Assembly: GCF_009914755.1 (NCBI RefSeq)
Contig: NC_060931.1
Source: the human T2T-CHM13v2.0 reference genome, Homo sapiens
DNA: 64,000 nucleotides
Strand: one strand, 5' to 3'
Positions within the stretch are counted from its first letter, which is position 1. Each line of letters starts with the position of its first letter. A model generated the notes under the pieces. That model was not told the origin of the DNA, made no database searches, and saw only the letters and a program-made list of their open reading frames with translations. This document shows positions 25,606-39,900 of the stretch, in pieces. Both the position numbers and the translations under genes were made by a program.

Positions 25606-27739
25606 AATAGTATTACATTTGTTAAAATTGTTCAAAATACACAGTTGTATAGGTTTTTGTTAATATAATAACTAAATATGATACATTATCAGGTTCTATA
25701 TTGTTCTTGGACTTTGTGGAGAACATATAATTTAGTGTGCAATAGATCCTTTGGTCACAAATGAATTGACCTGACCTGCACTGCTATAACTTGCCCCAGA
25801 ATCGTGAAGGTACTGTTTTCAGGTGGCTCTTTAGACAAACCCATGGCATCACAGTGCTGAGCCCTTCAAGTCATGCTGATGCCTGAAGTTCCATTTCGAA
25901 TTTATTTCCTTTGGTTATAAAATATGTGAAAGTAAATTCTTTACAAAGCAACCCAGAAAACATGTTCATAATTTCTGATTACACTTAGCTATTATTTTCT
26001 GAATACATATGAGTATATAATTAGCACAATACATTCCAGGTATTTAATGTATTGACAAAAGAGCCCAGCTGTTTGGCTTACTACGCTTTTCCATGAGGAA
26101 TTGAAACAGGTGATGATAAATTATCATTATTGCAGCTTCATTTTCTAGCTTTTTCCCTTAATTTATAAAAGCCAACCTTTGTCTGCGAAGGACCCCTTTC
26201 TTTACTGTAGGTTCCTGGAGGGCAGGGTCATGTGTCACTCAGCTCTGTGTCCTCAGGACCTGGCACAGTCTCTAGTTCAGAGTGAGTGCTACACAGTTTG
26301 TTCAGTCAAATTAAATTCCACAATGCTCTTCAAAGACTAATGCTCATTTTTTGTTGGATGACAGTCATGTTGGATTCAAGAAAAATAGTTGTCCTACTGC
26401 TTTTACTAATATTAGTTTGGGATCCATTAAAATTTTTAAGTTTCTAGATCAAGATTAATTACCTAGTAATCATATGTATATACAATTTCATCCATGAGCT
26501 AATTACCATTTACACTTAACACTTGACAGCTGGATTATCATTAGATAATCATTAGATCTATTTTATTCAAAATCTCCTAGGACATATTTATACAATCTGC
26601 CTACATTTTTCCTTCAATTTGTCTCATAAGTTAAGTTTGGTGTTTGGGGATACTTTGGTTTTTACTGGGCATTATTTGACAATCCATCAGGTCAAGCATA
26701 AGCCATCATGCCACAAACAGATATACTATGTACATATAAAACCATAAATATGCCAAATATATTTTTTCCCTTAAAAAAATGAGAGTTGCTATGTCATTAC
26801 CTGAATGATAAGTTTTCAATGAAACTGTTAGTATCTGACCTACTCCCGAAAGCTATGGCTTTTCCAACTGAAAAGGCTGGATGGTTTTCCTCCTTTTGCA
26901 GTCACTTTTGCTTTTCCTTCTTCTTCTTTAGTCTTGTGCATTTTCAGCATAACTTTATCACACTGCTGCTGTTTCCACAATGTGATATGTGGACTCTAAA
27001 AGCTTTGCCCATCTCTGTACAGCAGGCATTGCTCTTCTATGTTTCGCTCAGACGTGAACACATTGCTTCCAGCTCTTTTCCACCCACCTCACCCCAGCTC
27101 AGCCCCTGCCTGTATTATGTAGTGAATCATCCATGCTTCCACCTTTTTGTTTTCTTTTTTTTTGTTTTCTTTTGTTTTTAATTTGGGAAGCAAGGGAACT
27201 TTTCTTTATCTCGGGCTCCCTCTACAGTTTGTGATGGTTATTTATCAACAAAAGGGTACTTCCTAGTTACTGGTTTCGTTTGGTGGCCAGAGATATTTGA
27301 CAGCTGCGTGTTGAATATACACTGTTAATTAACAACTTATCAAAACGCTGTTTTGAAACCCTAACAATCATTTCCTTCCATTCACCCACTCAAAAGGAAA
27401 GGCAATCTATTAAGTTTACTAAGTATAAGACAGAGGTCATCTAAATTCGCACATCCAAGATTTTAGAACAGTAGTTAAAACTGGCTTTAATCTGAGGGCC
27501 ATTCTTCTCTCCACTGAACCTAATCGCCCTCTGTTAGACTTAGCAAAGAAAGCGTTCTCCAGCATCACAGTGTCAGCTCGCACTGGAGGATACCCCAATC
27601 TTCCACAGCTGTCGTTTGAGTAGCCAACAAGAGTGACAGTGGTGATAGACATTTCTAAAGAAATAAATTCATTAAACAGTAGATTTTCTCTTTATAAATT
27701 ATTAGAATTTTTATATTCGTCACACCATCACACCATCAC

Positions 27740-28090
<351 letters not shown>

Positions 28091-28318
28091 TTACTGTTTA
28101 ATATGGCCCAGCAGAGAGTCTAAGTTCATTAAATTGTTTTCTGAGCTCCCGAGTTCATGCCAGTGCCCCAGAAGTCGTGGTGGCAGGTGCTGTGGGCAGG
28201 GTCTGGCCTGCAGCCATGAACCAATGGTGAGTTCTACCTGCAGAAGACTTGGAAGTTGTATGTGTTTCACGTGGGTCAGTAGTTTGTCCTTGATTTTTCT
28301 TTTTGCCTTTTTTATTAA

Positions 28319-28495
<177 letters not shown>

Positions 28496-29287
28496 TGAGC
28501 TCCCCTAAACCACAGTGAAAGGAGAATGGCAGCTAGAGACGCTCCCCTTACACTTTTCTGCTCAGACTGTATGAGGAGACTGGAAAGTAATTAAGTATCT
28601 TAAGAAACCTGTTCCTAGTAGGTATTTGGAAAGCTAGATTTAGAATTTGGAGGCGAGAGACAAGTTAAGCTTGAGTGTCATTTAAGGATGGGAAATCGTC
28701 TAAACTTCTTAATAGCCTAGGCTCAAAAATAGGAGTTTTTAACCAAGGGCCAGTGTATGCCCCTCTCCTGGGATGTTCACCAAGGATGTCAGTGTTCCTT
28801 GAACTTTCCAGGCACTGTACCCAAATTATACATAGATACACATTTTTCTGGCAGACTGGTCCACACCCATCATACAGTTCTCAAAAGAATAGAGACCTCA
28901 GTTAAACACATTCCAAGGATAGGTTCCATAAGAAAACTAAAAGCTGCTTGGAGAATAAACTGTCTCATAAATCACTGTATGCATTCCTACCCTGATTCCA
29001 TAATTGATATATGCCCATCAATAATAATTCTTGAAAAGCCTGCATCTTAGAAAAAGAAATGTTTACAAGCATTTTTTGAGAATTATTTTGTTGAAAAACT
29101 AGGCCCTCTCTATTGAAATTGTAAAGATGTCATTTTGTTTTTAACCTGCAAACAAAGCCTTAAACAGTATCAGGCTTAAACAGTGGTCCATTCATGTCAG
29201 AGATGATGCAGTAAGCTAGTATAAAGCATTGTCTCTGACATCTTGCTCTTTAAGACTGGAGTGGCAGCTTCAGGATACTTTTAATTA

Positions 29288-29898
<611 letters not shown>

Positions 29899-31567
29899 TC
29901 ACCAGAACATTTTTTCATTGCCTGAGCGTTTGGAAGACATTTGCTTTCCACTTTTCCCCATCAGCAGCCGAGTGTTTTAAGTCATTAACAAAAACCATAA
30001 AAGACTTGCATTGGCAGCACACTTTACAATCATTCTCACCCCAACAAAGCATGTTACAGAGAGGAAGTCCTGATAACCCAGTTTTACTAGACATGAATGG
30101 ACCAAAAATCCATGGGAGAGTCCTTTCATGGTGATTGCAACAAGATTCGTGTAACTAAAAATGTAGAAGACACAGTAAGCTCATCTTACATAGAGACCCT
30201 GTTGATTCCATAGGCAGAAGTTAGCCCCTAGGTCTGTCTTGCCGAAAATGATAAGCTCCAATTGTTTAGCAGAGAAACAGGGGAGGGTATCGTCAGGCTG
30301 TATTCATAAGAGGTACTGTTTTGAACACTAACCAAAGCAAGACAATGAATCTGAAGCAGAAGGAAGCACCTTGACCTATGGCATAAACCCATGAAAGTTT
30401 ATCGGGGTGATCTGCTTGCATAATATAAAAATTAGGCCAAATCCATCCTGAACCAGGTCTCCAAATAAGTTTTATAGCCTTTGATATACAAACTCCTGTG
30501 CCCTCCAGTGGAGATGAACATGCTGGGAGAGGCAGCTGGACCTTGCTGAATAGGAAGTTGCATTTGCTACATCCATCTGGACAGATAAAAAGAAAAGGAA
30601 TTTAGCACTTTGAGAAGGTACTTATTTCTTGTGAAAAAGCATACCTAGGGAAGATCAGATAACCTTCAGATAAGTATCCAGATTTTTCCATGCTTAACCT
30701 ATTGCTTTGAAGCATTTAAAATTTTTTGTATTTGGCATTATAACAGGCAGCCCAAGAAAGTACATTTCCAGTCTTCTATCCATCTCACATGCGACCACAC
30801 AGAAAGTCGTTTTTTTGATAACCCACAGTTATCCAGAGAAATTTACAATGATTACTGGCTCACAGCCATGTGGAAGTATTATTCAGTGTTGCAAGGAGTT
30901 TCCCTTGAGCTGAACCAGATGATTGTGAAAATCAAATGTGTTTGTGCAAGGAGACATAAAACTAGGAAGTACAGAGTACACAATAGCAATCAATGTGTAA
31001 GCTTGTGTGGTAGGTCGCAGTGACCATGTTCCAACTCAGCCATTCCCCAGACGCGGCACACTCTTCCAGGCCTTTATGGCTTGGCCACATGCTCCCATGG
31101 CAGGAAAATGCCTCCCACCTGCCTCCCACCTGAAACATATCTCGTCCTACAGACCTGACTCAATGTCGTGCCCCAGGAAGCCGTCCCAGAATCCCTCACA
31201 CAGAGCCAGTGACTTCCTCCCCTATAGCTTCTGGAATGTGCCTGCCTCTGTGCCTGTTCTTACCTTTTTGCCTTACTCTTCTTTCTACCCTTTTCTGCTC
31301 CCAGCACCTAGTGTGGTACCAGAAGTTTAATACTACTCAGTACAAGATCATTTTCTGAGTTAATTCCCATGCTTTCAGAATATCCAGAATTAATTAATTC
31401 TACTTTCACAAATATTTACTGAAAAGCAGAAAATATAAATATGTATTCTTATTTTAAATAATCAACTGAAGTTTTATTTTTTAATTATTTGTATAAAATT
31501 ATGATAATTTAAGGGAAATAGAAGTTTTAAATAGAAAAAAGTGATCTACACTCTACCCCAAGGATGA

Positions 31568-31878
<311 letters not shown>

Positions 31879-32548
31879 TAAAAACATGTATCCATCTTCA
31901 ATTTCCATATGCATGCACAATTCTTACATGGTTATGATGGTGATATGTAGTTAGTTTCATATTCTTTTTTCACTTACTACACTGTAAGCATTTAATATTG
32001 CCGCATAGTCTTCAGGTTAACATGTAATTGCTTGTATAGTATTCCACTGAATGGCTGAAGTTTAGTTAACCTGATTTCATATTGTTGAATGTTTTGCTTA
32101 TTGCTTTTGTCACTGTTTTTTGTCACAAGGGCCTGCTAAATATTAAGATTGCCTTATAGTGGAGGGTTTCCTTAGGGTTCTATTCCCAAAAGATTAGGCC
32201 AAGGGAGATAAATGTGGATTTGGCATTTGGTATCAATGCCTAACTGCTTTCTACATTAGACATTGCGGTTCTAGGGGTTTATTCTACCAACAGCTACAGC
32301 TTCACTTCCATCTTATCTTTTGATTTGTTTTTGTTGATGTAAGAGGTGCTCCTCGTATTTTGATGCCACTTACATTTCACTTGTTGGAGCAAGGGTCAAC
32401 TTGTTTTCCATAAGCTTTTCTTTAATAAGGAGTAGTTTCTCCCATGTGAATTGTCTGTTCTTGGGCTTTTTTAAAGGGGGGAGGTTGTGTAGTTGGCTGA
32501 TTGGTTTGGCTTGGTTTTGGAGGGCTTTTTTCCTTCTTGTTTGGCTTT

Positions 32549-32603
32549 GTACGTGTGTGTGCGCGCGTGCGTGTGTGTGCGTGTGTGCGTGTGTGTGTGT
32601 GTG
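32549..32603. repeat. Mixed (TG)/(CG) alternating purine-pyrimidine tract
   Basis: Direct reading; includes GCGCGCG. Confidence 0.93.
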
Positions 32604-33079
32604 TCCATTTACAAATTATGTATTTCAGCTGACTTTCTAGCTAATTTTCATTAGCCCTCTATCTATTATAAATATTTAACCTTTTGCTACAAAAAAATGG
32701 AGGAGGATATTGATGGATAATTCCTAATGAAATAGAAGAGAGCTGCCTCCCTCTCCTGTTTAAAGCTCGGGAGCCTCTGAGGCTGCAGTCCTGCCCTGAA
32801 AGACTGAGAGACCCTCCTCAAGTCACTGCATGACCTGCTTCCCCAAACTGCCTCTGTGCTTCGGCAGAGGTCAGACGTAGGGTCAAATGCAGGATTTGAG
32901 GCTGTTGACTCAGTAAGGCCTGCAATAACCAAGGTCCAGCTGAGGACATGTGAAGTAGGTTGTGACACTGCTGACATTATCCTCATCAAATAAGATCATA
33001 TTTACTCATAATGCTCTGCTGTGTTTACTGCATATTGGGAAGGAAAGGAGAGGCTACAACTTGACATTTGTCTAAGCCC

Positions 33080-33507
33080 TATTCCAGGCATCTGTTGCTG
33101 AGTAAAACTACACCAAACGTAGTGGCATAAAACAACCACAAACATTTCTTCTTACCATTATTTCTCATGGTTCTGGTTTGATTGAGCCCAGCTAGGCAGT
33201 TCTCTCCCAGAATATCTCCTAGTTGCAGTCAGAGGGTGGCCGGGGCTGGAGACTCACATATTAGGAGGTTGATGCTGGCTGTGGGCTGGGCCTCTCAGCC
33301 AGGACACCTGCACAGAGACTTTCCACGAGGCCTGGGCCACCTCAGAGCATGGCTGCTAAGTTCCATCACGAACTGTTACAAACTCTATTAGTCAAGGTAG
33401 TTGAAGGGGACATGGATTCTACCTTTTAAAAGGAGAGATACAGTTCTGGAAGAGCATGTGGGTCTAAAAATATCGTTGAACCATTTTGAGAAATGCAGTC
33501 TGCCATA
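33080..33507 (-). mobile_element. MLT1 LTR
   Basis: TGTTGCTG...AAACGTAGTGGCATAAAACAAC... to ...GTCTGCCATA, typical of MLT1 in reverse. Confidence 0.6.
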
Positions 33508-34442
33508 AAGCATTTAGGGAATCCTCCCAGTAGCAGCTGCCTTAGTCTTTGGCAGGCCCCGTTCCCTGCCTTGGTCAAGGTCACACACTTGGGCAGCTTC
33601 TTGCTGGCAACCCCTGCTTTCCTGCCATGGCTACGTTCCCTGAGTCCTCAGCAGAGAGAAGATCACAGAGTGCCATCCTTCACCATCCATCACTCTTCAT
33701 AACCTCCCACCACAGATGTACGGGGTGGTGAATTACAACAAATGTTTCTCTCTGTAATTCCACCACCACTCAGCTCATTGCCCCCTTCCACATTTTGTTC
33801 TAAGAGGCCGGCTCAGGAAATGCCTTGCAGTAACCACTACAGGCAAAGGTGGCTTCTGAAAGGTGTCAGAGTGAGTGGGAGTCTCTCCAGATAAAATAAA
33901 ACTGAAAGAAAGCCCTTAGACCAATAGTTCTCAAACCTAGATATAAATAATACTTCCTAAAGAACTCGTTAGAAATGCAGATTTTTCTTTTGCTTCAATT
34001 TCTGTAACTTTAACAATCACTCAGATGATGCTCTTGCAAATGGCTGGAGACTACAGTAAAAAAAGCTTTCCTCTGTAAGGTCAAGGAAAGAGCTGGGCAC
34101 TGGTCTGCAGAAATCCTGCCATAGTGGAGCCTCATCTGTGCAGCGAGCATCCCCGTGCTTTCCCACCTGGGACTGCACTTGGAGACAGGCTATTCCCTGC
34201 TACCTTGTCTCTCATCCTCCTCCTCCTCTTCACCCCCTCCCTCCACCCCTTCATTGCTTTCCTGGAGACAAAAAGTCTCCAGGAAAGTCTCCAGCCTAGG
34301 CTGTTGCAGGAGCCCCCAGCTGCTCTCCACAGCTCCCAGCTCCTCTCCTCCAGTGCATTCTCCACTCCGACACTGGATGATCAATCTCCATGTACATCTG
34401 GCCCTGCCTGGTTTTTTTTTAGCAGCCACCCATCACCAAGAG

Positions 34443-34670
34443 CAATGGTTCATTCTCAAGATTGATCCCTGGGCCAGCAGCATCAGGATCACCTGGGAAC
34501 TCATCAGAAATGCACATTCTGGAAAAAAAAAAGAGAAAAGAAAAAAGAAATGCACATTCTTGGGCCCTACACCAAACCTACTGAATCGGAGACTCAGGGG
34601 GTGGGGCTGGCAGTCTGTGTTTTAAGTCCTGCGGGTGATTCTGCGTGGCTCAGGTTGGGGAACCTGTGGC
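34443..34670 (+). mobile_element. MER5A containing a short A-rich insertion
   Basis: CCAGCAGCATCAGGATCACCTGGGAACT...AGAAATGCA...ACCTACTGAATCGGAGACTC. Confidence 0.8.
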
Positions 34671-35688
34671 CTAGAGAATAACACCCATCCTACTGCAGGG
34701 CGCCCTCTGGGGCTCCCTCTTCCCTCTCCACTGGTCTCCTGGCCCTGCCAGGTGCCCACACATCCTGATGCCGCTGCCAGGCATCTCAGAGCTCCCCAAG
34801 GGTGGCCTGCTTTTGTACATGTTGTTTCTTTTCTGAAATGCCCTTTCCCAACAAGCTCCCCAACAAATTCATACTCCAGCTTCACAATTTACAAACCTTG
34901 GGAGTCTCCTCATCTGTGTCCCACATACCTCTTGCCTGTCTGTGACAGCCTTTCACCTGGCTGGAGTTATGGCTTCTGTCCCATTTCCCTTTTGTTACAT
35001 CTCGACTGTGTGTGTTTAAAGGGCAATGTCATATTCTAATCCTCTCTTCCATCTGAAAGTCCAGCACAGAGCCTGCACACATTGGAAGGGTTAGGAAATA
35101 TTTAGTACTTGGCAAGGTGGCCAGCTGGCAGGCCAAATGACTAAATCCCCAACTTGGGAAGAAAAACAAAATGAGCCTTTGAATAAGCAGAAAACATTTA
35201 TTTATTTGCCAGCATGCTATCAGATGTAATATTTCCATGACCTCTGCCCAATTATATCAATTACCCGACAAATAAAACTGAGTAGAACTGCTAGCCCAGT
35301 TTGTACACTTATTACAATAATGTTGAGGTAATTTGATATCTTAGTTGTAGCATTTTAATTTACTTCCCACACTCTTATTTTAGACTTAGCCTGATTTTGT
35401 TTAATGCAGGGCACAGGCTGTTTTGCATGATTAGTTATTATTTGTGTTGATTTTTTAAAAGTCGCCATACTTGAAACTCATCATAGCTTGCAAAACAAAA
35501 AGAACTTGAATCGTCTTAGAGATACTTGTCTTGCTAATTGTTCTGGCTATCTTGTGGGAATTTTAAGCATTTCTTTCCTGACATTCAAGACAATTCTTTA
35601 CAGATTTCTCCAATTATCTGATTCAGAGTTTTGGCCCCCAAGGAGCAAACCAAAGTTAACTCCTGTCTTTCCATTTTCTAATGCAAAG

Positions 35689-35828
35689 GTATCAAAACAT
35701 TCAGCGAACCATTGCAACAGAGAGGTCCGAAGAAGATTCTGGCAGCCAAAGCTGCGAGCAAGCCCCAGCAGGAGGAGGCGGAGGTGGAGGGAGTGACTCA
35801 GAAGCCGAATCTTCCCAGTCCAGCTTAG
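35689..35828 (+). CDS. HECW1: HECW1 coding exon (140 nt): YQNIQRTIATERSEEDSGSQSCEQAPAGGGGGGGSDSEAESSQSSL
   Basis: Acceptor ctaatgcaaAG at 35687-88, donor GTattg at 35829; phase 2 to phase 1. Confidence 0.95.
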
Positions 35829-36829
35829 GTATTGGAGGAGGGGTCCCCACAACCTGTGATGGCTTTCAGGGGCTGTGTGACAGAGGGCTACAAGCCTCCC
35901 ACCCTGCCTCATGGGGAGCAATGTGCCCCAGGGTGAAGAGAGTGGAAGTCCAGGGTGGAGGACAGAGGCATGCCTGGTGCCCGCAAGGGAAAGCAGACAG
36001 AATGAGCTTCCCACCAGGAAACTTAGGAGAAGTGATCACAGTGAAGGAAACACCACCACCCTGGCATGGGGATCTGGAGACAGGAAAGCAGATGAATTCT
36101 GGGGATGGAGCTGAGTTTGCTACAGTGCTTGTGGAGCAAGGCAACTTTGTCAGTGGCTCAATCATTTATTGTTAAGTAAATGTTTTATTTATTTATAAGT
36201 TATTGTTAAGTAAATTTATTGTATTTGTTGGTGTTCTAAGGATTTTTTCACTTATAAATAAAACATGCAATAAAAATTCACAGTATATTGCAAAGGAGCC
36301 ATGTGACAACACTAGGAATAATCACTTGTTTGTAGAATAAAATTCAGTTCCCCCAAGAGAGGAACCTGGGAGTGAAGAGGTTTTCCAGCATGCCACAGGA
36401 GGGAATTTTTTCCCACTACAGTAGGCATTCACCTTGGTCTGGTTTTCATGGTTTTCATTTCTTTGAATTTGCCCAAGTGGGACTCAGACAAGGATAATCA
36501 AAAGGCATGAGACTGGCTTCCACTTTTTTTTTTTTAACCTGTAATGAGATAAGATTATCACAGTGACATCCTAATAATCCACTTTCTTTTTAAGTTGGGT
36601 AAATGATGGCAGATTTATTTGCCAAAAGAAGGCTTAGAGAACAGTCTGGGCAGGCAGCACTGGGATTCCAATCCTGCCAGGTCTTAGCTGTCTACAGCAA
36701 TGCAGAATATTGGACATTTTCATGTGATTTTTCAAAATGCACATCCACAGTTCCACCACCAATTTTAATTTCCCCCTTTCTATTCATTTTACCAGGTATG
36801 CTAACTAAACTGACTAGTTTAGGTTTTTC

Positions 36830-37130
36830 TGTTATTATTATTATTATTGAAGACAGAGTCTCTCTTTTTCACCCAGGCTGGAGTGCATGGTGCGATCATA
36901 GCTCACTGCAGCCTCAAACTCCTGGGCTCAAACAGTCCTCCCAACACAGCCTCCTGAGTAGCTGGGACCTCAGGCATGCACCACCATGCCTGGCTAATTT
37001 TTTCATTTTTTGTAGAGACAGAGTCTTGCTATGTTGCCCAGGCTGGTCTCAAATTCCTGGCCTCAAGTGATCCTCCCGCCTCAGCCTCCCGAAGTGCTAG
37101 GATTACAGGCACGAGACATCACACCTGGCC
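36830..37130 (-). mobile_element. AluJ
   Basis: GATCATAGCTCACTGCAGCCTCAAACTCCTGGGCTCAA, J-type diagnostics. Confidence 0.9.
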
Positions 37131-37249
37131 TGTTATTAATTTCTTTGTTCAAACTTCTGAGAGAGACATGGTACAATAGCCAAGTAACTAGAAACATGAG
37201 GAAAAAGCAGCAGAAAGTTTATTTCTGAGTTTGATATTAAATAAGTTGG

Positions 37250-37733
37250 CATTTACTGTATAGAAAAAAATCCCACAATTAGTGGCTGAAACTCACAGCC
37301 ATGCATCTACCCCACAGTTCTACAGGTTGGCAATTTGAGCTGAGCTCAGCTGGGTGGTTCCTCAGGATGCTGCTGGGCTCACCTGTCCATCGTGGGTCAG
37401 CTGCGGAGTCGGCCACAGGCTGACCTGAGATGGCTGCCACTAGGGTGGCTTGTTCCTGCTCCTGTGGCCTGGTGGCCTCTCATCTTGCAGCAGGCTTGCC
37501 CAAGCTCATTCTCATGGCAGTGGCAGGGTTACCAGAGAGTGGAGACACACAGGTCTCTTGAAACCCTGATGCAGAACTGACCCGTTGTCACTTCTGACAT
37601 GTTCTATTGGTTGAAACAAGGCACAAGGCCAGCCCCAATTCAGCAAGGGGAAGAGCAGCGAAGTCCCAATACAACTGGGTGTGGATACAAGGAGGAGAGG
37701 AATTGTGGTCCTTTCTGCAAACAATCTATCACA
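37250..37733 (-). mobile_element. MLT1 LTR
   Basis: GCTCAGCTGGGTGGTTC...ATTCTCATGGCAG...GTTCTATTGG...AAGGCCAGCCC...TGCAAACAATCTATCACA. Confidence 0.65.
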
Positions 37734-37767
37734 GCTGTGGTTAGCAACTTGTGAAGGAAATAAGAAA

Positions 37768-37925
37768 AAAATAGCCAGGCATGGTGCTGCATGCCTGTAG
37801 TCGCAGCTACTCAGCAGGCTGAGTATCTGGGAGGATGGCTTGACCCCAGGAATTAAAGGCTGCGGTGAGCTGCAATTGCGCGGCTGCACTCCAGCCTGGA
37901 TGACAGAGCGAGACGCTGTCTCAAG
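37768..37925 (+). mobile_element. Alu right monomer (AluJ/FRAM)
   Basis: TAGCCAGGCATGGTG...GAGACGCTGTCTCAA. Confidence 0.85.
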
Positions 37926-38238
37926 AAAGACAAAGAGAGAGAGAGAAGAAAGAAAGAAGAAAGGAAGAAAGGAAGAAAAGAAAGAGAAAGAAAGAAGAAA
38001 GAAGGGAGGGAGGGAAGGAAGGAAGGAAGGGGGGAGGAGGGAGGGACAGAGGGAAGGAAGGAAGGAAGGAAGGGGGAAGGAGGGAGGGAGGGAAGGAAGG
38101 AAGGAAGGAGAGAGAAGAAAGAGAAAGAAGGAAAGAAAGATGAAAGAAAGAAAAAGAAAGAAAGGGAAAGAGAGAGAGAAAGAAGGAAGGAAGGAAAGAA
38201 GGAAGGAAGGGAGGGAGGGAAAAGAAAAGAAAGAAAAT
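37923..38238. repeat. GA-rich polypurine tract (GAAA/GGAA/GGGA) grown from the Alu tail
   Basis: About 315 nt almost exclusively A/G. Confidence 0.95.
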
Positions 38239-38475
38239 CATTGTGATAAAAGGGAAGAGATGTTGGAGGACTTGAGCCTTACTGAAGTTATGCGAAACAC
38301 TACTAAGGAAATGATGATTCTTAACTGACATACATAAAGTAATGACACTTGGCCTAAATCCAACAGTCTGCTGTGTGGGTGAAGGCTTGTGTGCTGCCAC
38401 TGTCAGGAGCGAAGTACAGAGGTTGAAATGCCTTTTTCCCAATGCATTCTGTTGCTTTGCTTCACTTTTTTTCAG

Positions 38476-38597
38476 ATCTAAGGAGAGAGGGGTCACTTTC
38501 TCCAGTGAACTCACAAAAAATCACCTTGCTGCTGCAGTCCCCAGCGGTCAAGTTCATCACCAACCCCGAGTTCTTCACTGTGCTACATGCCAATTAT
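38476..38597 (+). CDS. HECW1: HECW1 coding exon (122 nt): [41 protein letters not shown]
   Basis: Acceptor tttttttcAG at 38474-75, donor GTgagt at 38598; phase 1 to phase 0. Confidence 0.96.
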
Positions 38598-39127
38598 GTG
38601 AGTGCCCTAAAATGCAGAGGGGGCGGCCTGGCTCGGCAAGACCCAAAACACAGCTTTGTAAAGTCATCTGATAGATCTAAAAGGGTAGAATTTTAACATA
38701 AGCAAGAAAAAACAAAGAAAACAGCTCAGTCCACTCTTTTGACTATCCGTGAGTCTCCCAAAAAGGAAAAAGGCTGGATTTGGAAATGCTGTTGCCTCTT
38801 TGGGTTTTTTTTAAGGCTGAAATGTGTTAATGTCAGTGAAAGTGCTTTGGAAACAAACCTGTTTTTATTATTATTAAAATTTTAAAGGAGCAAGATTATG
38901 AATTGGCCAGATTCCCTTCAGCCTAATCATTTTATAAAATCATTTTCACCGATACAATTTCAAAGCAGAGTTCTTCTAGGTAAATAACTAGGTTTCCTTT
39001 TGATATGGTTTTTTCGAATATCGTGCTGAAGTTAAATTTCATATGATTTTACATATGTAGTTTTTTCATTGCTTTTTTGGTATTTTCAAGAAAGCAATGG
39101 CATGATATCACTATATTCATTAATTTT

Positions 39128-39900
39128 TCCATTCAACAAACATTTTCTGTGGTTCAGGCTCAGATCTAGGTGCTGGAGTCACAAAGACAGATTAAGGTGA
39201 CACCTAAAGAGTAGGAGTTCCCATTTTGAGGAGCAATGACGTGAAAAACATCAGCCCAGTGTGACAGGACCAGGCCGAACTGAGGGAGGACAGAGTGCTC
39301 TGGGGGCGCCAGGGAGCATTCTTGGGGAGGCGGCTGAATTGAGTCCTGAAGGTCGAAAGTGGACAGGAAGAAGTCCAGGCAGAGGGACATCTGTAGAAAG
39401 GATGCACCCGTGAGGAGGCCTGGGGGATAAGTCCAGGGTGGTGAGTGTGGGTGGCTGGCAGGAGGGAGAGGGGAGGAGGGGCTTGAGATTGGGCAGCAGA
39501 TCACCTGGTAACTCATGCAAAGGAGCCTGGGTCTACTGCAGCAGGCCACAGGAACCAAGAGTAGCACTTGGGCTGCCTGACCAGGGGGGTTGATGATGCA
39601 TTTTCTCTGGCAGAGTGTCGGGGAGAGACTGAGCTGAGGGGGTTAAGACACAGGCTGATTCAACCGCTGAGTGAGAGATGATCTGGCTCTGACCTAAGGA
39701 AGGGGTGGGAGCATGGCAAGGAATGGCTCCATTCAGGGACATTTCTCGTGGACTCAGCAGCACTTAGGTCCACCGTGATCACGAGTGGGTGCAAGATGAG
39801 AACTCAAAAAAGACAGTGTAGTTTCTGCTTTGGGCACCTGAGTGAGGCAGTGACCGCACTAAGCTGGAGGTGGAGTTTGACTGGGTGATGGAGGGCGTGG
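39128..39900 (-). mobile_element. Degenerate L2 fragment
   Basis: CATTCAACAAACATT start and downstream similarity to the 24.6-25.6 kb L2. Confidence 0.55.

Noticed and set aside
37840-38514. Lys/Glu/Arg-rich and Phe/Leu/Ser-rich ORFs here and at 60294-60677
   Set aside because: Translations of polypurine microsatellites.
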